From positions 10,602 to 74,601 of the forward strand of contig DBCR01000018.1 in assembly GCA_002293125.1 (NCBI GenBank): 64,000 bases of DNA, read 5' to 3'. The first letter of the stretch is position 1. Each line of letters begins with the position of its first letter. Positions 38,273-48,500 of the stretch are shown piece by piece. The translations under genes and the position numbers were made by a program. Under the pieces are notes generated by a model that worked only from the letters and a program-made list of their open reading frames with translations, ran no database searches and was not told where the DNA came from. Source of the DNA: Opitutia bacterium UBA953. GTDB lineage: Bacteria > Verrucomicrobiota > Verrucomicrobiia > Opitutales > UBA953.

Positions 38273-40237
38273 TTAGCCCAGTTCGGCAAGCCACGCCGTC
38301 GCCTCGGCGTCGGAAGGCATGCGCCAATCGCCGCGGGGGGACAGGGCCAGCGAGCCCACCTTGGGGCCGTCCGGCATGGCCGAGCGCTTGAACTGCTGGC
38401 TGAAGAAGCGGTTCAGGAAAGAGCGGAGCCAGTGGCGGATCTCCGCCTGGTCATATTTCCCGGCAAACGCGTGCTCGGCGATCCAGAGGACCTTCGAGGG
38501 GCGGAAGCCGTTGCGGATGATGTGGTAGAGGAAGAAATCGTGGAGCTCGTACGGTCCGACCAGCATCTCCGTCTGCTGGGCGATCTCGCCATCGTCGCCC
38601 GGAGGCAGCAGTTCAGGGCTGACGGGGGTCGCCACGATGTCCTCGAGGATGGAGCGTTCGGTGCCGACGTGGCGGGCGTGGGCGGCCCAGCCGACGAGGT
38701 GCTTCACCAAGGTCTTCGGCACGCCGATGTTCACGTGGTACATCGACATGTGATCGGCGTTGAACGTGCACCAGCCGAGCGCGGCTTCGGAAAGATCGCC
38801 GGTACCGACGACGAAGCCGTGGCTCTGGTTGGCGACGTCCATCAGGATCTGCGTGCGCTCGCGGGCCTGGGCGTTCTCGAAGGTGACATCGTGCTTGCCG
38901 GCCGGATGCTGGATGTCGCGCAGGTGGCGTTCGACGGCTTCATTGATCGGGATCTCGCGGGCGGTGATGCCGAGCGTTTCCATCAGGCGCATCGCGTTGA
39001 CGCGCGTGCGGGCCGAGGTGCCGGGGCCAGGCATCGTGAGACCGATGATGCCCTTGCGGTCGAGGCCGAGGCGGTTGAAGGCTTCGAGCGTGACGAGCAG
39101 GGCGAGCGTCGAATCAAGGCCGCCCGAGACACCGATGACGACATGCTTGAGGCCCGTGTGGCGGATGCGGCGGGCGAGGCCCGTCGACTGGATAGCGAAG
39201 ATCTCCTGGCAGTTCTCGTCGCGGCGGTGCGGGTCCGACGGTACGAACGGATGTTGGCTGTAACGGCGACGCAACTTAGGTGTCTGGCCGGTCGGCACGC
39301 CGAGGGTGAAGCCGATGACGCGCGGGCGGACGGCCACAGGGGCGCCGAAGAAGGTGCTGTTGCGACGGCGTTCGGCCGCGAGGCGGTCGAGGTCGATCTG
39401 CGAGACGATCAGCGCGAGGTCGAAGCGGAAGCGCTCGGATTCGCCGAGGACGACGCCGTTCTCGGCGATGAGACCGTGGCCGCTGTAGACGATATCGGTG
39501 CTCGATTCGCCCGCGCCGGCGGCGGCGTAAACGTAAGCGGCGAGGCAGCGGGCGGACTGTGACTTCACCAGGTCGCGGCGGTAGGCGGCCTTGGTCAGGA
39601 GCTCATCGCTGGCGGAAAGGTTGCAGAGCAGGGTGGCGCCGGCGAGGGCCTGGGCACCGCTCGGAGGTTCGACGGCCCAGAGGTCTTCGCAGATCTCGAT
39701 GCCGAGCATACAGTCGGGCATGTCAGTTGCCTGGAAGAGCAGGTCGGTGCCGAAAGGGACTTTCTGTCCGAGGAGTTCGATTTCGGTGACTGGGGCGACC
39801 CGGGCCGAGGCGAACCAGCGCTGTTCGTAAAATTCCCCGGTGTTCGGGAGGTGGGTTTTTGGAACAACCCCGAGGATTTTACCGCGGGAGACCGCTACGG
39901 CCACGTTGAAGAGGCGTCCATGGACCTCCAGCGGGGTGCCGATGAGGGCAGTGAGGCCAAGCCTCGTGGTAGCCTCGCAAACCTGCCCTAGGGCCTTTAC
40001 GGCACCGTTTAGGAGGGTCCGTTGGCCGAAGAGGTCGCCACAGCTGTAGCCGGTCAGGCAGAGCTCGGGGAGAACGACAATTTCCACCCCCTCTTGGGCG
40101 GCTTTTTCCAGGGCCAGAATGATCAGGGTGGCGTTGGCCGCAGGGTCCCCCAGGCGGAGGGCCGGCGAGGCGGCCGCCACGGTCACAAAACCGTTCTGGT
40201 GGATGCGGTTGGACATCAAAGGACTGGTATCCGTCAT
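38273..40237 (-). CDS. nadE: Glutamine-dependent NAD+ synthetase
   Basis: N-terminal CN-hydrolase domain (VVLPELCLTGY) plus a synthetase domain with GVSGGLDST. I use the ATG at 40237 (MTDTSPLMSNRIH). The 1019-aa ORF-track extension runs antisense through thrB. Confidence 0.9.
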   Translation of the reverse strand: MTDTSPLMSNRIHQNGFVTVAAASPALRLGDPAANATLIILALEKAAQEGVEIVVLPELCLTGYSCGDLFGQRTLLNGAVKALGQVCEATTRLGLTALIGTPLEVHGRLFNVAVAVSRGKILGVVPKTHLPNTGEFYEQRWFASARVAPVTEIELLGQKVPFGTDLLFQATDMPDCMLGIEICEDLWAVEPPSGAQALAGATLLCNLSASDELLTKAAYRRDLVKSQSARCLAAYVYAAAGAGESSTDIVYSGHGLIAENGVVLGESERFRFDLALIVSQIDLDRLAAERRRNSTFFGAPVAVRPRVIGFTLGVPTGQTPKLRRRYSQHPFVPSDPHRRDENCQEIFAIQSTGLARRIRHTGLKHVVIGVSGGLDSTLALLVTLEAFNRLGLDRKGIIGLTMPGPGTSARTRVNAMRLMETLGITAREIPINEAVERHLRDIQHPAGKHDVTFENAQARERTQILMDVANQSHGFVVGTGDLSEAALGWCTFNADHMSMYHVNIGVPKTLVKHLVGWAAHARHVGTERSILEDIVATPVSPELLPPGDDGEIAQQTEMLVGPYELHDFFLYHIIRNGFRPSKVLWIAEHAFAGKYDQAEIRHWLRSFLNRFFSQQFKRSAMPDGPKVGSLALSPRGDWRMPSDAEATAWLAELG

Positions 40238-40300
40238 GTTCACCGTTGACCGAAGGGGAGGCAACCCGAAAGGTCTGCCCACCCCTGTTAAAGGGGCCTT

Positions 40301-41254
40301 ATGTCCGCTCAGCCGCTCAAAGAAGTCCGTATCTTTTCGCCTGCCACCGTGGCCAACGTGGCCTGCGGTTTCGACGTGCTTGGCTTCTGCATCGATGCCC
40401 CGGGCGACGAGATCGTGGCTCGCTTCTCGACCACCCCCGGCCTGCGCATCACCAAGATTACCGGCGATGACGGGCGACTGCCCCTCGATTCGAAGAAGAA
40501 TACCGCCGGGGTCTCCGCCCACGCGCTGCTTCGTCACCTTGGCAAGAGCGACCTGGGTATCGAGATGGAGATCCACAAGAAGATGCCCTTCGGCAGCGGC
40601 CTCGGCTCCAGCGCCGCGAGCGCGGTCGGCGGTGCCTTCGTCGTCAATCGTCTCCTCGGCGACCCGCTGACGCGTCTTCAGTTGTTGCCTTTCGTCGTCG
40701 CCGGCGAAGCCGCTGCCGATGGAGCCTGGCATGCCGATAACGTCGGACCTTGTCTCCTGGGTGGCATCACCCTCATCCGTTCTAACGCTGAGCTCGACGT
40801 GATGGACGTCCCGATCCCGGAGCGTCTCTGGGCCGCCGTCGTGCACCCGGACATCGTTGTGCTCACCAAGGTCGCCCGCGAGATCATGCCTCGCCAGATT
40901 CAGCTCGAGACTTCCACGCAGCAGAGCGGCAACCTCGGCGGCCTGCTGTGCGGCTTCTTCAAGAGCGACTACGCCCTCATCGGTCGTTCGCTTCACGACC
41001 TTATCGCCGAGCCCCACCGCCACCGCTTGATCCCTGAGTTCTACCGCGCCAAGGCCGCCGCCATGGCCGCCGGCGCGCTGGGTTTCTCGATCTCCGGCGC
41101 CGGCCCAAGCGTGTTCGCGCTTTGCGACGGCGAGGAGACCGCCCGGAAGGTCGCCGCCGCTGTCGCCGCCGTGTTCGCTTCGGTGCCGATCAAGGCCACG
41201 CCTTACGTCTCGCGCATCAATCCCAAGGGTGTCCATGTCCTCTCCGAGTCCTAA
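40301..41254 (+). CDS. thrB: Homoserine kinase
   Basis: GHMP kinase motif PFGSGLGSSAASAV and N-terminus PATVANVACGFDVLG. Confidence 0.9.
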   Translation: MSAQPLKEVRIFSPATVANVACGFDVLGFCIDAPGDEIVARFSTTPGLRITKITGDDGRLPLDSKKNTAGVSAHALLRHLGKSDLGIEMEIHKKMPFGSGLGSSAASAVGGAFVVNRLLGDPLTRLQLLPFVVAGEAAADGAWHADNVGPCLLGGITLIRSNAELDVMDVPIPERLWAAVVHPDIVVLTKVAREIMPRQIQLETSTQQSGNLGGLLCGFFKSDYALIGRSLHDLIAEPHRHRLIPEFYRAKAAAMAAGALGFSISGAGPSVFALCDGEETARKVAAAVAAVFASVPIKATPYVSRINPKGVHVLSES

Positions 41255-42569
41255 GTTGGAATTCGTCTCCACCGTCGACGCTTCCTGTCGCGGTTCCCTG
41301 CGTGACGTGCTGCTTTCGGCCATACCCGCCAAGGGCGGCCTCTGGGTGCCGACGCATATCCCGCAGATCGCGCCCGATTTCGTGGAGCGCCATCGCGACG
41401 CGTCCTATGCCGACCTCGCCGAGGCCGTCATCGCTCCCTATTTCGCCGAAGTCCTCGGCCCGGCGGTCCTTCGTCAGCTTTGTCACGAGGCTTTCAATTT
41501 TCCCGTGCCGCTCGTCCACCCCGAGGGATTCAAGGGCACGCCGGCTGAACGCATCGCCGTCCTTGAACTCTTTCAAGGCCCGTCCGCGGCCTTCAAGGAC
41601 TTTGCGGTCCGCACGCTCGTGCGCGTCACTGCACGTGTCCTCGGCGACGAGTTTCCGCAGCTGACCGTGCTCGCCGCGACTTCCGGCGATACGGGCGCTG
41701 CCGTCACGGAGGCTTGCTCCGGCGTCCCCGGCGTCCGCGCCGTGGTGCTCTACCCGCGCATCGGTGTCAGTGGCGTGCAGGAATCCCAGATCGCCCGCGC
41801 CCGTCCCGGCGTGGTCGCGCTGTCTGTCGATGGCACGTTCGACGATTGCCAGGCGATGGTGAAGCGCGCTCTCGCCGATGAGTCCCTGCGTCGTCGCCGC
41901 CCTTTGCTCACGGCCAACTCCATCAATCCGGTCCGTCTGATCGCCCAGGTTCCGTTCGCCTTCCACGCCAACCGCCTGCTGGCTCCGGGACGGCGCATGG
42001 GCATCGTGGTGCCTTCGGGCAATCTCGGTAACGTCGGCGCGGTGCAGCTCGCCCGTCGCATGGGTCTCGATGTCGCCGCCCTTGTCGCCGCGACCAACAC
42101 GAATTCGCCTTTGCCCGCCCTTTTCGCCACCGGCGAATATCGTCCGCGCCGCGCCACGCCCACGGCCTCTAACGCCATGGACATCGGTGACCCGAACAAC
42201 CTCAGTCGCCTGCTTGCCTGGCGTGAGGGTGGCCCGGCGGTCGGCGCCGTCACCGTCGATGACAAGGCCACGCTCGATGCCATGCGCCGCGTTCGCGATG
42301 CGGGTGGTTATGTTCTTTGCCCGCACTCCGCGGTCGGCTGGAAGGCCGCCGAGGATCTGCTGGCTCGTGACGGCGATAAGCTCGACGACATCATCGTCTT
42401 CGGCACCGCGCATCCGGCCAAGTTTCCGGATGTGTTGCAGGAAGCCTTTGGTGAAGCTAATGCTTCTCGCTTCCCGGGCGAGCTGCCCGCGCCGTCGCCG
42501 ATCAAGATCGGCAACGACTTCGAGTCCGTCCGCAAGGTCCTCGAATCTGAAGCTGGCTTCGGACGCTGA
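41229..42569 (+). CDS. thrC: Threonine synthase
   Basis: PLP-lysine context GPSAAFKDFA and SGNLGN motif. It follows thrB with a short overlap. Confidence 0.9.
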   Translation: MSMSSPSPKLEFVSTVDASCRGSLRDVLLSAIPAKGGLWVPTHIPQIAPDFVERHRDASYADLAEAVIAPYFAEVLGPAVLRQLCHEAFNFPVPLVHPEGFKGTPAERIAVLELFQGPSAAFKDFAVRTLVRVTARVLGDEFPQLTVLAATSGDTGAAVTEACSGVPGVRAVVLYPRIGVSGVQESQIARARPGVVALSVDGTFDDCQAMVKRALADESLRRRRPLLTANSINPVRLIAQVPFAFHANRLLAPGRRMGIVVPSGNLGNVGAVQLARRMGLDVAALVAATNTNSPLPALFATGEYRPRRATPTASNAMDIGDPNNLSRLLAWREGGPAVGAVTVDDKATLDAMRRVRDAGGYVLCPHSAVGWKAAEDLLARDGDKLDDIIVFGTAHPAKFPDVLQEAFGEANASRFPGELPAPSPIKIGNDFESVRKVLESEAGFGR

Positions 42570-42572
42570 GGC

Positions 42573-42719
42573 TTACTTTGAAGCGTTGTCCGGATCCGGC
42601 TTGGCCGCGGCTTTCTTGGCCGGGGTGGCTTTTTCGGCGGGCGCCTGTTCGATCACGATGATGCAGCCCGAGAGGGTGAGGCTGGCGAGCGCGAGGGCGG
42701 CGGCGAGGGCGGTCTTCAT
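42573..42719 (-). CDS. Small lipoprotein with Lys/Ala/Pro-rich tail
   Basis: MKTALAAALALASLTLSGC lipobox, then IIVIEQAPAEKATPAKKAAAKPDPDNASK. 48 aa from the ATG at 42719. Confidence 0.5.
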   Translation of the reverse strand: MKTALAAALALASLTLSGCIIVIEQAPAEKATPAKKAAAKPDPDNASK

Positions 42720-42766
42720 GTCAGGAATAATAGGGTGTGGACTGGCTGGGTAAACCCGCAAAACAG

Positions 42767-42791
42767 AAAAGGCCGCCAGGAGGCGGCCTTT
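42767..42791 (-). terminator. Intrinsic terminator after the ExbD genes
   Basis: On the minus strand AAAGGCCGCC-TCCT-GGCGGCCTTT is followed by TCTGTTTT. Confidence 0.7.
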
Positions 42792-42811
42792 GCGGACGGC
42801 TAAGACGTCGC

Positions 42812-43255
42812 TTACTCCGTGTCGGACACCGCGAACGTGACGTTCGTGATGTTCGCCTTGGCGAGGCAGTCGAGGACGTTGATCACGCGCTCGTAGCGGG
42901 CGTTCTCTTCGGCCTGGACCGTGATGAGTAGCTTCGTCTTGGACTGCTCGGCAGCTTCGCCCAGTTGCTTCATCTGGTTATAGAGGTTCTCGAGGAGTTT
43001 GTCGCCGGACGCGCCGACCGGGTCTTCGTTAAGGGTGATTTCTCCGGTCTCGCTGATGCCGATGGTGACTTCGTCGGGAAGCTCGGTCTCTTTGGAAGTC
43101 TCGGCGTTGCCGGGGAGGGTGGTCTTCAGCTCATGTTCGACCTTCACGGCGCCGGCCATGACCATGAAGAAGAGCATGATCACGAAGACCACGTCGATCA
43201 TGGGAGCAATCTGGAAGCCAGGATTTGCGTCGGGCAGTTGTGGGGCTTGTCTCAT
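42812..43255 (-). CDS. exbD: Biopolymer transport protein ExbD/TolR (copy 2)
   Basis: FQIAPMIDVVFVIMLFFMV N-terminal TM with the conserved Asp. 147 aa. Confidence 0.85.
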   Translation of the reverse strand: MRQAPQLPDANPGFQIAPMIDVVFVIMLFFMVMAGAVKVEHELKTTLPGNAETSKETELPDEVTIGISETGEITLNEDPVGASGDKLLENLYNQMKQLGEAAEQSKTKLLITVQAEENARYERVINVLDCLAKANITNVTFAVSDTE

Positions 43256-43258
43256 GGC

Positions 43259-43699
43259 TTATTCTTCTTTGTTAAGGCCGGAGAAGGCGATGTTGTCGAT
43301 ACCGGCTTCGGCGCCCCATTCGAGGGCCTTGGAGATGTATTTCGCATGGCACTCCTTATCGGCGCGGATCAGCAGGCGATACTTCTCATTCGTGCCCTTA
43401 CGATCGGAGAGTTCCTTCGCGATGCCTTCCTTGTCGTTCGGGTCGATCTCGCGATCGTCGATCTTGTACTTGGCCTGGCCCGTGGTCTTGTCCCACGAGA
43501 TATTGATCAGTCCCGCAGCGGCCTTATCGTCGCGCTTGATGCCGTTGGAAGCGACCGGCAGGGAGATGTTCTTGTCCACCCTGAGCACCTGCGCCGAGGT
43601 GATGGACATGAAGAAGATGAGCAGCACCAAGAGCACGTCGATCATCGGCGCGACCTGGAACTCCGGCTCCCCTTCTCCGCCTCCTCCTCCGCCTGCCAT
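43259..43699 (-). CDS. exbD: Biopolymer transport protein ExbD/TolR (copy 1)
   Basis: FQVAPMIDVLLVLLIFFM N-terminal TM with the conserved Asp. 146 aa. Confidence 0.85.
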   Translation of the reverse strand: MAGGGGGGEGEPEFQVAPMIDVLLVLLIFFMSITSAQVLRVDKNISLPVASNGIKRDDKAAAGLINISWDKTTGQAKYKIDDREIDPNDKEGIAKELSDRKGTNEKYRLLIRADKECHAKYISKALEWGAEAGIDNIAFSGLNKEE

Positions 43700-43731
43700 G
43701 GCTGTGTTGTTTGGTTAGGGGTGGAAAGGGC

Positions 43732-44520
43732 TTACGACTGGACGTTCGAGGACGTGTTCCAATCGGGCTTGGAGGCGTAGATTTCCTCGTCGCCGACCTT
43801 ACGACCTTCGATTTCTTCGTAGGGGAAGGCGCGGAACAGGCCGGTCACGATCTCGGTGATGTCGTGGACGCCCTTGTTGATGCGGTTCGCGAGCAAGTAG
43901 TAGGACATGAACGCCGGGATAGCGACGGCCAGGCCAGTGCCAGTCGCCACGAGCACTTCGCCGATCGCGCCAGAGAGCTTGGAGGGGTCGCCCACGCCGG
44001 AGGTGCCGAGGGTTTCGAAAGCGGCCATCATGCCGGTCACGGTGCCGACCAGGCCGATCATCGGGGTGCAGACGCCGATCACGGAGAGGTAGGAGGAACG
44101 GCCCTTAAGCTCGGCGTTGACGCGAGTGATCTCGGAGATGATCGCTTCTTCGGTCATGGTCTTGCCATCTGGGGTGAAGGCGACACCGGCGCGGACGACG
44201 TCAGCGAGGGGGGAGCCGGCGGACTTGGCGAAGGCGTAGGCACCGACGTAGTCACCCTTTTTGAAGAGCTCGCGGAGCTGAGTGACATGGTCGACCGGGT
44301 AGAGTTTACTAGCGCTCGTGCGCATGTAGCCGTCGACGATGAACCAGACCATCGCCACGGAGCAGGCGGTGAGCGGGTACATGACCCAACCACCTTCGAT
44401 GAAGATGTCTATGAGGGTCTTCTTGTGGGCGCCACCGGCGGCTTCCTGGGCCGAGGCTGCGATGGTCATCAGGCCGAGGAGGACGGCGCTGAAGGAGGTA
44501 TTACGGAGGTTCATCTTCAT
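43732..44520 (-). CDS. exbB: MotA/TolQ/ExbB proton-channel protein
   Basis: PMIGLVGTVTGMMAAF and GEVLVATGTGLAVAIPA channel helices. The N-terminus is signal-like. I chose the ATG at 44520 over the longer ORF-track start. Confidence 0.85.
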   Translation of the reverse strand: MKMNLRNTSFSAVLLGLMTIAASAQEAAGGAHKKTLIDIFIEGGWVMYPLTACSVAMVWFIVDGYMRTSASKLYPVDHVTQLRELFKKGDYVGAYAFAKSAGSPLADVVRAGVAFTPDGKTMTEEAIISEITRVNAELKGRSSYLSVIGVCTPMIGLVGTVTGMMAAFETLGTSGVGDPSKLSGAIGEVLVATGTGLAVAIPAFMSYYLLANRINKGVHDITEIVTGLFRAFPYEEIEGRKVGDEEIYASKPDWNTSSNVQS

Positions 44521-44572
44521 GATGATGGGGTGTAGGTTGGTTTTAGGTGAGGTTTTGGAAAGGGGCAAGGAC

Positions 44573-45589
44573 TCACTTGTTACCTTCGACCTTCTCTTCG
44601 GCGGCAAGTTTAGGCTTGGCCATGATGACGCCGTCCGGGAGGGGGCCGCCGGCAGCGATCTTCTTTTGATCGGCCTCGGCCTTGGCACGTTCTTCCTTGG
44701 GAAGCATCTTCTTGGCTTCTTCGGCTTCTTTGGAGACCGGGTAGGAGACGATGATGTCGTAGAGGTAGCGGTTGGCGACGGTCTCGAGCTTCTGGTCGCG
44801 AAGGGCGGGGCTGTCCATTCCGCGGAACGACCGGGCGGCGCCCAGCATGGCCTTCGGTACGATTTCGGACTCGGAGCCGAAGAAGACTGGTACGCGGAGG
44901 TAGGTGGTCATCGCGGCTTCGTACTTCTTGGAGGCGAAGAGCGAGTTGCCCTTCACGAGGTGGAGGCGGGCCTGGAGTTCGGCTGTATCCACCTTGGCCA
45001 GGAGTTCCGTGGACTCCTTTATGACCGCCTCGTGTTCGCCTTTGCGGGCGCGCTGCATCAGGCGGGCGAGCTGGATCTGGGTGGCTACCTCGGGGAGCTT
45101 GGCGGCCTCTTCCTTCTCGAAGGCGGTGAGGAATGATTCCGTGGCGGCGTCGTTCTCGAGGCGGTCGAGGGCGTCGAGCTTGACGATGGACGCACGGGCC
45201 CACCAGGAGCCAGGGACGTTCTTGATCGGTTCGAAGAACTTCAGCACGGCTTCAACGTTGTCGAGGGCCTTGGCCGGTTCGCCCCGGCTGACGTTGGCCT
45301 GGGCGTCCGTGAGGCGGGAGGGCATCGGCCAGATCACTTCGGTGACTTCGGATAGCTTGCGGGTGAGGGTCACCTCGATGCCGCCGGAGTTGCTGACGCG
45401 GACGATCTCTCCCTTGATGACGTTGATCGTGCCTTTCTTGGCATCGACGATCGGTTTCGGCGGGATGGAGCTGTCCATCTTGAACGGGTCGTTGATCTCC
45501 CAGCGTTCGCCTTTGAAGACGAAGGTCTGTGCCGGCGAGGAGGCGGCGGCGAGGAGCGCGAGGGCAGGGAGGAAGAAGGAGAGACGCAT
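44573..45589 (-). CDS. Secreted helical-repeat (TPR-like) protein
   Basis: Signal peptide MRLSFFLPALALLAAASSPAQT. The middle is helical and the C-terminal tail is Lys/Glu/Ala-rich. It lies immediately upstream of exbB. Confidence 0.6.
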   Translation of the reverse strand: MRLSFFLPALALLAAASSPAQTFVFKGERWEINDPFKMDSSIPPKPIVDAKKGTINVIKGEIVRVSNSGGIEVTLTRKLSEVTEVIWPMPSRLTDAQANVSRGEPAKALDNVEAVLKFFEPIKNVPGSWWARASIVKLDALDRLENDAATESFLTAFEKEEAAKLPEVATQIQLARLMQRARKGEHEAVIKESTELLAKVDTAELQARLHLVKGNSLFASKKYEAAMTTYLRVPVFFGSESEIVPKAMLGAARSFRGMDSPALRDQKLETVANRYLYDIIVSYPVSKEAEEAKKMLPKEERAKAEADQKKIAAGGPLPDGVIMAKPKLAAEEKVEGNK

Positions 45590-45594
45590 GGTGA

Positions 45595-48500
45595 TCAGAG
45601 TCCGAGGAGGAAGGATTTGGCTTCTTGGGCTTCGCGGGTGTCCTTGATGCGGTCCTTCTCGAGCATCTCCTTCAGGAGCACCTTGGCGGCGTCCTTCTGG
45701 TTGAGCTTCGTGGCGAAAAGCTTGGCGGACGCGAAATAGGACTTGGCGGCCCAGACCTCATATTTCTTCCAGGTCATGAAGCAGCGGCGGTAGTAGGCGA
45801 TGGCCTCGTTGTAACCCTTCTCGTCGGTCGCCTGGCGTTCGGCCATCAGGCCGAGCCAATAGAGGGAGGCGGCCGTCTTTTCTCCGCGCCATTCCTTGGT
45901 CTTGGCGATTTCCTCGAACTCATCCTTGGCTTCCTTGTACTTGGCGAGTTCGGCGAGGGCGCGAGCCCGCGTGAAGCGGAGGTCGAGCTCCTTCGACATC
46001 AAGATATTGTTATCGATGGCCTCGTTGCAAAGCGAGAGGGCTTCGGCGTACTTCTTGTTGGCGTAGGCGATCTCGGCCAGGCCGGCGAAGCCGTAGTCGG
46101 CGTATTCCGAGGAGCGGGAATGTTCGAGGATGTAGCCGAAATAATCGGCGGCCTTCTTGTCGTCGCCCTTCGCGAGGAGGCTGTCGCCGACGAGTCCGAG
46201 GATCGTCGGGTTGAGTTCCTCGGCCTTGTAGATGGCCGCGATTTTGGCGTAGTTGGCGGCGGTCTTCTCAGGTTCGCGGGTGAACACCGCGAGCTGGCCG
46301 AGGGCGAAGAAGCCGCGGGCTTGGGCGACGAGGGAATTGCGGTGGTCTTCGAGGCGGAGCAGCTTGACCAGCTCTTTTTCAGCATCTTCGCTGGTGTAGG
46401 CGCCGGGCTCGGGCTTGGCTCCCGGCTTCACGCGCTTGACCTTGCGGGCGATTTTCTCGGCCAGGAAGACGATGAGCTTCTCGGTGCCTTCCTGGGTGCG
46501 GTCGTTGATCGATTCGGAGACGGCGTCGGAGAGGATCTTGAGGGCGCGCTTCTTCTGGTCGGCGATGGAGGTCTGGCGCTTGACCTCGACCTTGGCGAGT
46601 TCGGCCTCGAGTTCGGCGGAGAGCTTGCGGACGGAAGCCTTGGCGACGTCGATCTCCGGTTGGGTGATGCCCGGCTTGCGCTCGAGCGTGTCGACGGCCT
46701 TACGGGCGGCGGCGAGCTGGGCGCTGAAATTCTTGCGGACCTTCTCGGATTCAGCGGCGAACTCGGGCATGTCGCCCATACGCTCGGTCGAGCGGATGAC
46801 CTCGTAGAGGTAGGTCATCGCCTTGGGGTCGTTATGGTTCCAGTCGAAGATTTCTCTGAACAGGTCGCGCATGCGCTTGTGTTCGCCGCGTCCCGGGAGG
46901 AGTTTGCGGAGTTCACCGAGGACGAATTCGAGGGCCTGCGGATTGGTGCGGGCGTTCTTGGCGGCGGCTTCGTAGGCGTCGATGGCCTTATTGGTGACGG
47001 CTTCCTTCTCTTTTTCTAACTTGGTCTTGATCTCGACGAACTTGTCCTTGTCGGGGGTCTTGGCGTTGAGGCGGACATCGAGGTCGGCGGCCTTGACCTT
47101 CTTGTCGATTTCGTCGGCGAGGGCGATGTTGGCGTCGCCGATCAGCGTGTAGACCTCGGGCACCTGGGACATGACCTCATCGGTGTTGTCCTTGGAGTAA
47201 TCCTTGAGCCAGTCTTCGCAGATCTTGATGGTGCCGGGGATGTCGCGAGGGGAGGTGCCGAACTTGACGATGGCCTGACGGTAGCGGACGTCAGGGATGA
47301 ACTGGCCTTTCGGGTATTCCTGCTCGTATTTATCGAAGTCGACCTTGGTCTCCTTGTACTTGCCTTGGAAGAACGAGCAAAGCGCGTTCATGTAGAGCAC
47401 CTGCTGGCGGACCGGGGAGCGCTCGTGCTTCTTGAGGAATTCCTCGAAGGCCTTCTGGGCGGGCGCCCAATCGACCTGGGAGAAGAGGCAGGCCGCGATA
47501 CGGAAGTCGATCTCTTCGACGACCTCGGGCGTCAGGGTCTTTACGTTGGCCAGGACCCACTTGTAGTGGCCGATAGCCTCGGGAAACTCTTCGCGCTCCT
47601 GGGAGATGTCGCCGAGGATCAGCGCGATAGCGGAGACCTGTTCGTCTTTCGGGAACTTGGAGATGAATTCCTTACACTTCGCCTGGGCCTCGTTGTTGCG
47701 ACCGATGCGGCGCAACGCGAGGATGTGGTAGTAGTAGGCGCCGGAGATGCGGCTGAAGCCGGGGCTGTTCTCGAAGATGTCGAGGAAGGCGACGTGGGCC
47801 TCCCATGGGCGCTTCAGCTCGAGCAGGCAGAGGCCGATGCGGTAGGAGATAAACGCGTCGTAGTCCTTGTTGGCGTTAAACTCCTCCTGGATCTTCTTGA
47901 ACTGCGCGACCTCTTGCTTGGTCTTCTCGAGGTTGGCGGCCTGTTCGGGGTTCGGCTTGGGGAAGTTCTTGGTCAGCGTGTCGACTTCCGTCTGCTTGGC
48001 CTCGATGGTGCGACCGAAGGAGCTGCTGAGGTTGGCGCGACGCAACGTGCCTTGGTAATTCGTGAGGGCCTGGCGGTAGAAGTCGGCGCGGAAATTCTCG
48101 TCGGCGGCCGTTTCGGCGGCGGAGAAGCGAGCGTCGCCGATCTCGAGGCGCTGGAAGTTGGAGCGGACGACTTCGACGGGTGAACCGGTGCTCTTCGCGT
48201 CGATCTCGTTCTTCAGCTGGGTCGCTTCCTTGGTCAGGCCGAGCTTGGTGTACATGTCGACCAACTTGTAGGCGGCCTCGCGGCGTTCCGGCGTGTTGAT
48301 GCCGTCGGCGGTCGCCTGCTTCAGCAGGGTCAGGGCCTGGGCGTAGGCGGCCTTCTTGACGTCATCCGGCGAGCTCTTGGCGCGGTCGACGATGATCTGG
48401 GCGGAAAGGGTGTAGGCGCTGACGCGCTCTTCGGGGCGGGCGAGCGAGTTGGTGCGAATCTTCTCGAGGCGGGCGAGCGCGAGCTCCCATTTACCCTGCT

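Noticed and set aside
40238-41332. N-terminal 365-aa extension of the nadE ORF (the track gives 38273-41332, 1019 aa).
   Set aside because: The extension runs antisense through thrB and has no recognisable domain. The conserved CN-hydrolase domain begins right after the ATG at 40237, giving a typical ~654-aa glutamine-dependent NAD synthetase.
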